DNA of 64,000 bases. It comes from Ylistrum balloti. Lineage: Eukaryota. Location: contig NW_026782555.1 of assembly GCF_031769215.1 (NCBI RefSeq), positions 806,001-870,000 of the forward strand. Reading direction: 5' to 3'. This document shows, piece by piece, positions 62,367-64,000 of the stretch. How positions within the stretch are numbered: position 1 is the stretch's first letter; each line of letters opens with the position of its first letter. Position numbers and translations under genes: made by a program. The notes under the pieces were generated by a model. That model did no database searches and was not told the origin of the DNA. It worked only from the letters and a program-made list of their open reading frames with translations.

Positions 62367-64000
62367 GACTAGGCAATCCATGAGTATGTCGGGAATTAGT
62401 CTATGAAAATCATCAAATTGAAAAAAAAAAAGAAGTTACATAACCATTATTTCTTAATGTAGGATATTTGAATATCTTACATTCTGAAATAATGGTTATA
62501 TATATGATGTTTTAATCCGTTTTTTGTTTACATCAATGAATGACAGCGAACCATACACCAGGTGATTGTAAACAGATATTCCATTCAGACAAAAAGTACC
62601 AACAGAATCACCGCAAGGTGGCGTGTTACCATTGACTCCTCCAATCATTATCAAGTGGGCGGAGCCAGATTTTTTCTTTTTTTTTTTTTCTCCATCGAGA
62701 ACTGAAAAGAAAAACATCGATGAATCAGAATGTTGCATTTTGCACACAAACAGCGAAATATTGATTATTGGATAAAATCATACTCAAACATCTTAAGTCC
62801 GTTCAATTAGCAATTTAAATGTCGATCACCTTCGAGATCTAAGGAGATTTTAGAGTTGTATTGTATTCAAGCCAGAACTATGCAGCACAGAAATTATACA
62901 ACACGATTCAATAATATTCAATTAGTTGACATGGATAACTCGAAAGCACAACGTCTATAGAATTCCAGTGTTCTAGACCTGAGTCTGATTGGTTTAAATC
63001 TATATAGATAACACCATCTATAAATGGTGTGTTTATTTAATGAAATCACGGATCTGTTACATTTTCATTTTGCGCCTGTCGGAGATAGAAGCTGAACCTT
63101 CCGAAGTGGTGGTACGTCAGACCTGACAGCGACACAACAAGATGCTGATTAAACACTACAACTAAACATGTAGTGTCTCTTCCAGCAACCTGTCAATGAA
63201 AAAGTGTAAGTCGGAATACTTCAGAAGATGAATTGTCTGCGCTCCTTGACACTCGCGAGGACTAAAGAGTCGCAAGACGCCACGATAGCTGTAAAAGTTT
63301 AACGTTACCTAACACTCAGAAAGTTTTTAATTATCAAGGAAAACTGTCACATCCCAAGTGTCCGTACAAGACAGGTATCCGCGTAAAAATGCTTCTATAT
63401 TTTTATTCGTGTTTTTTTTTTTTTTTTTTAGAAAAGGATTCTCATATTTCAATTGGTTCGTCACTAGAGACACCGTGGATTTCGCCGAGGTAATCGCCTT
63501 CTAGCCATAAGCTTGATTATACTGCTCGTATTGGAATTACAGTAACTAGAATACAGAACACAAATCATATTGGTTTTCCAGAACAAATATACATTATTAT
63601 TTTTTTGGAAATACGACCTATATTTCTGGGGGTAGATGGGTCGAGAAGTCGACCATGAGGTCAGTAATGTCCACTGAAAAGTTGTTGTCAATTGACGTCC
63701 CAGTAGATCAGAAAAAAACCCAACCACATCGAGTTGTTTGATGGAATGCTGTCGATCTTTGAACGCTGGATGTTAAATTTCTTTGTATACTGGTGAGAGA
63801 AGCTAGACAGGGGCTGCTAAATAATCTCTGTATTGTCTTTAAAGAGGTTATCCACCCCATCATCGCCTTCTCCTCTCTGGTCATCTCAGTCGCTTTGTCC
63901 AGAATAATACACTTGATGAACTAGACCTGTCGAAAACATCAACAGCACGTGCATTGTGGTCGGAGGAAATTATACAAACGTTACAGTCAGCTGATGATTT

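Noticed and set aside
63252-63300. ctcgcgag-gact-aaag-agtc-gcaa...agctgta as a decayed hammerhead
   Set aside because: Both core strands are mutated and the spacing is wrong; indistinguishable from chance.
63464-63900. Minus-strand coding-like stretch (DDQRGEGDDGVDNLFKD...; SVDITDLMVDF)
   Set aside because: Interrupted by stops in all frames and no recognisable domain; would need a tBLASTx hit.

Overview
AT-rich eukaryotic (invertebrate, bivalve-mollusc-like by repeat content; inference) non-genic or intronic DNA. No host protein-coding gene can be supported. Most ORF-track entries are artefacts of minisatellites or alternative start codons. Recognisable content: (1) a full-length 2,849-bp Mutator-type DNA transposon (7987-10835) with a spliced FLYWCH+MULE transposase carrying three lesions. 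It has only a 3-bp CTA target duplication, supported by a paralogous empty site inside the same window. (2) A decayed Tc1 transposase, CR1-type and RNase-H-containing (I/Nimb-type) LINE fragments, Penelope-like RT fragments plus a recurrent ~250-300-bp Penelope 3' module, TTAA-flanked non-autonomous elements, a TA-type MITE and two tRNA-derived SINE heads. (3) About 18 tandem arrays, forming a dense minisatellite cluster at 40-61 kb, several with higher-order structure. (4) The most interesting signal is a hammerhead ribozyme family. It comprises one core-intact minimal type I hammerhead (38850-38893, minus strand) inverted inside a 67-nt-period array of decayed hammerheads, two dispersed decayed copies, and a 34-bp minisatellite (54425-54812) that looks like a hammerhead with its CUGANGA core and stem II deleted. 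All alignments were done by eye; no database searches were run.
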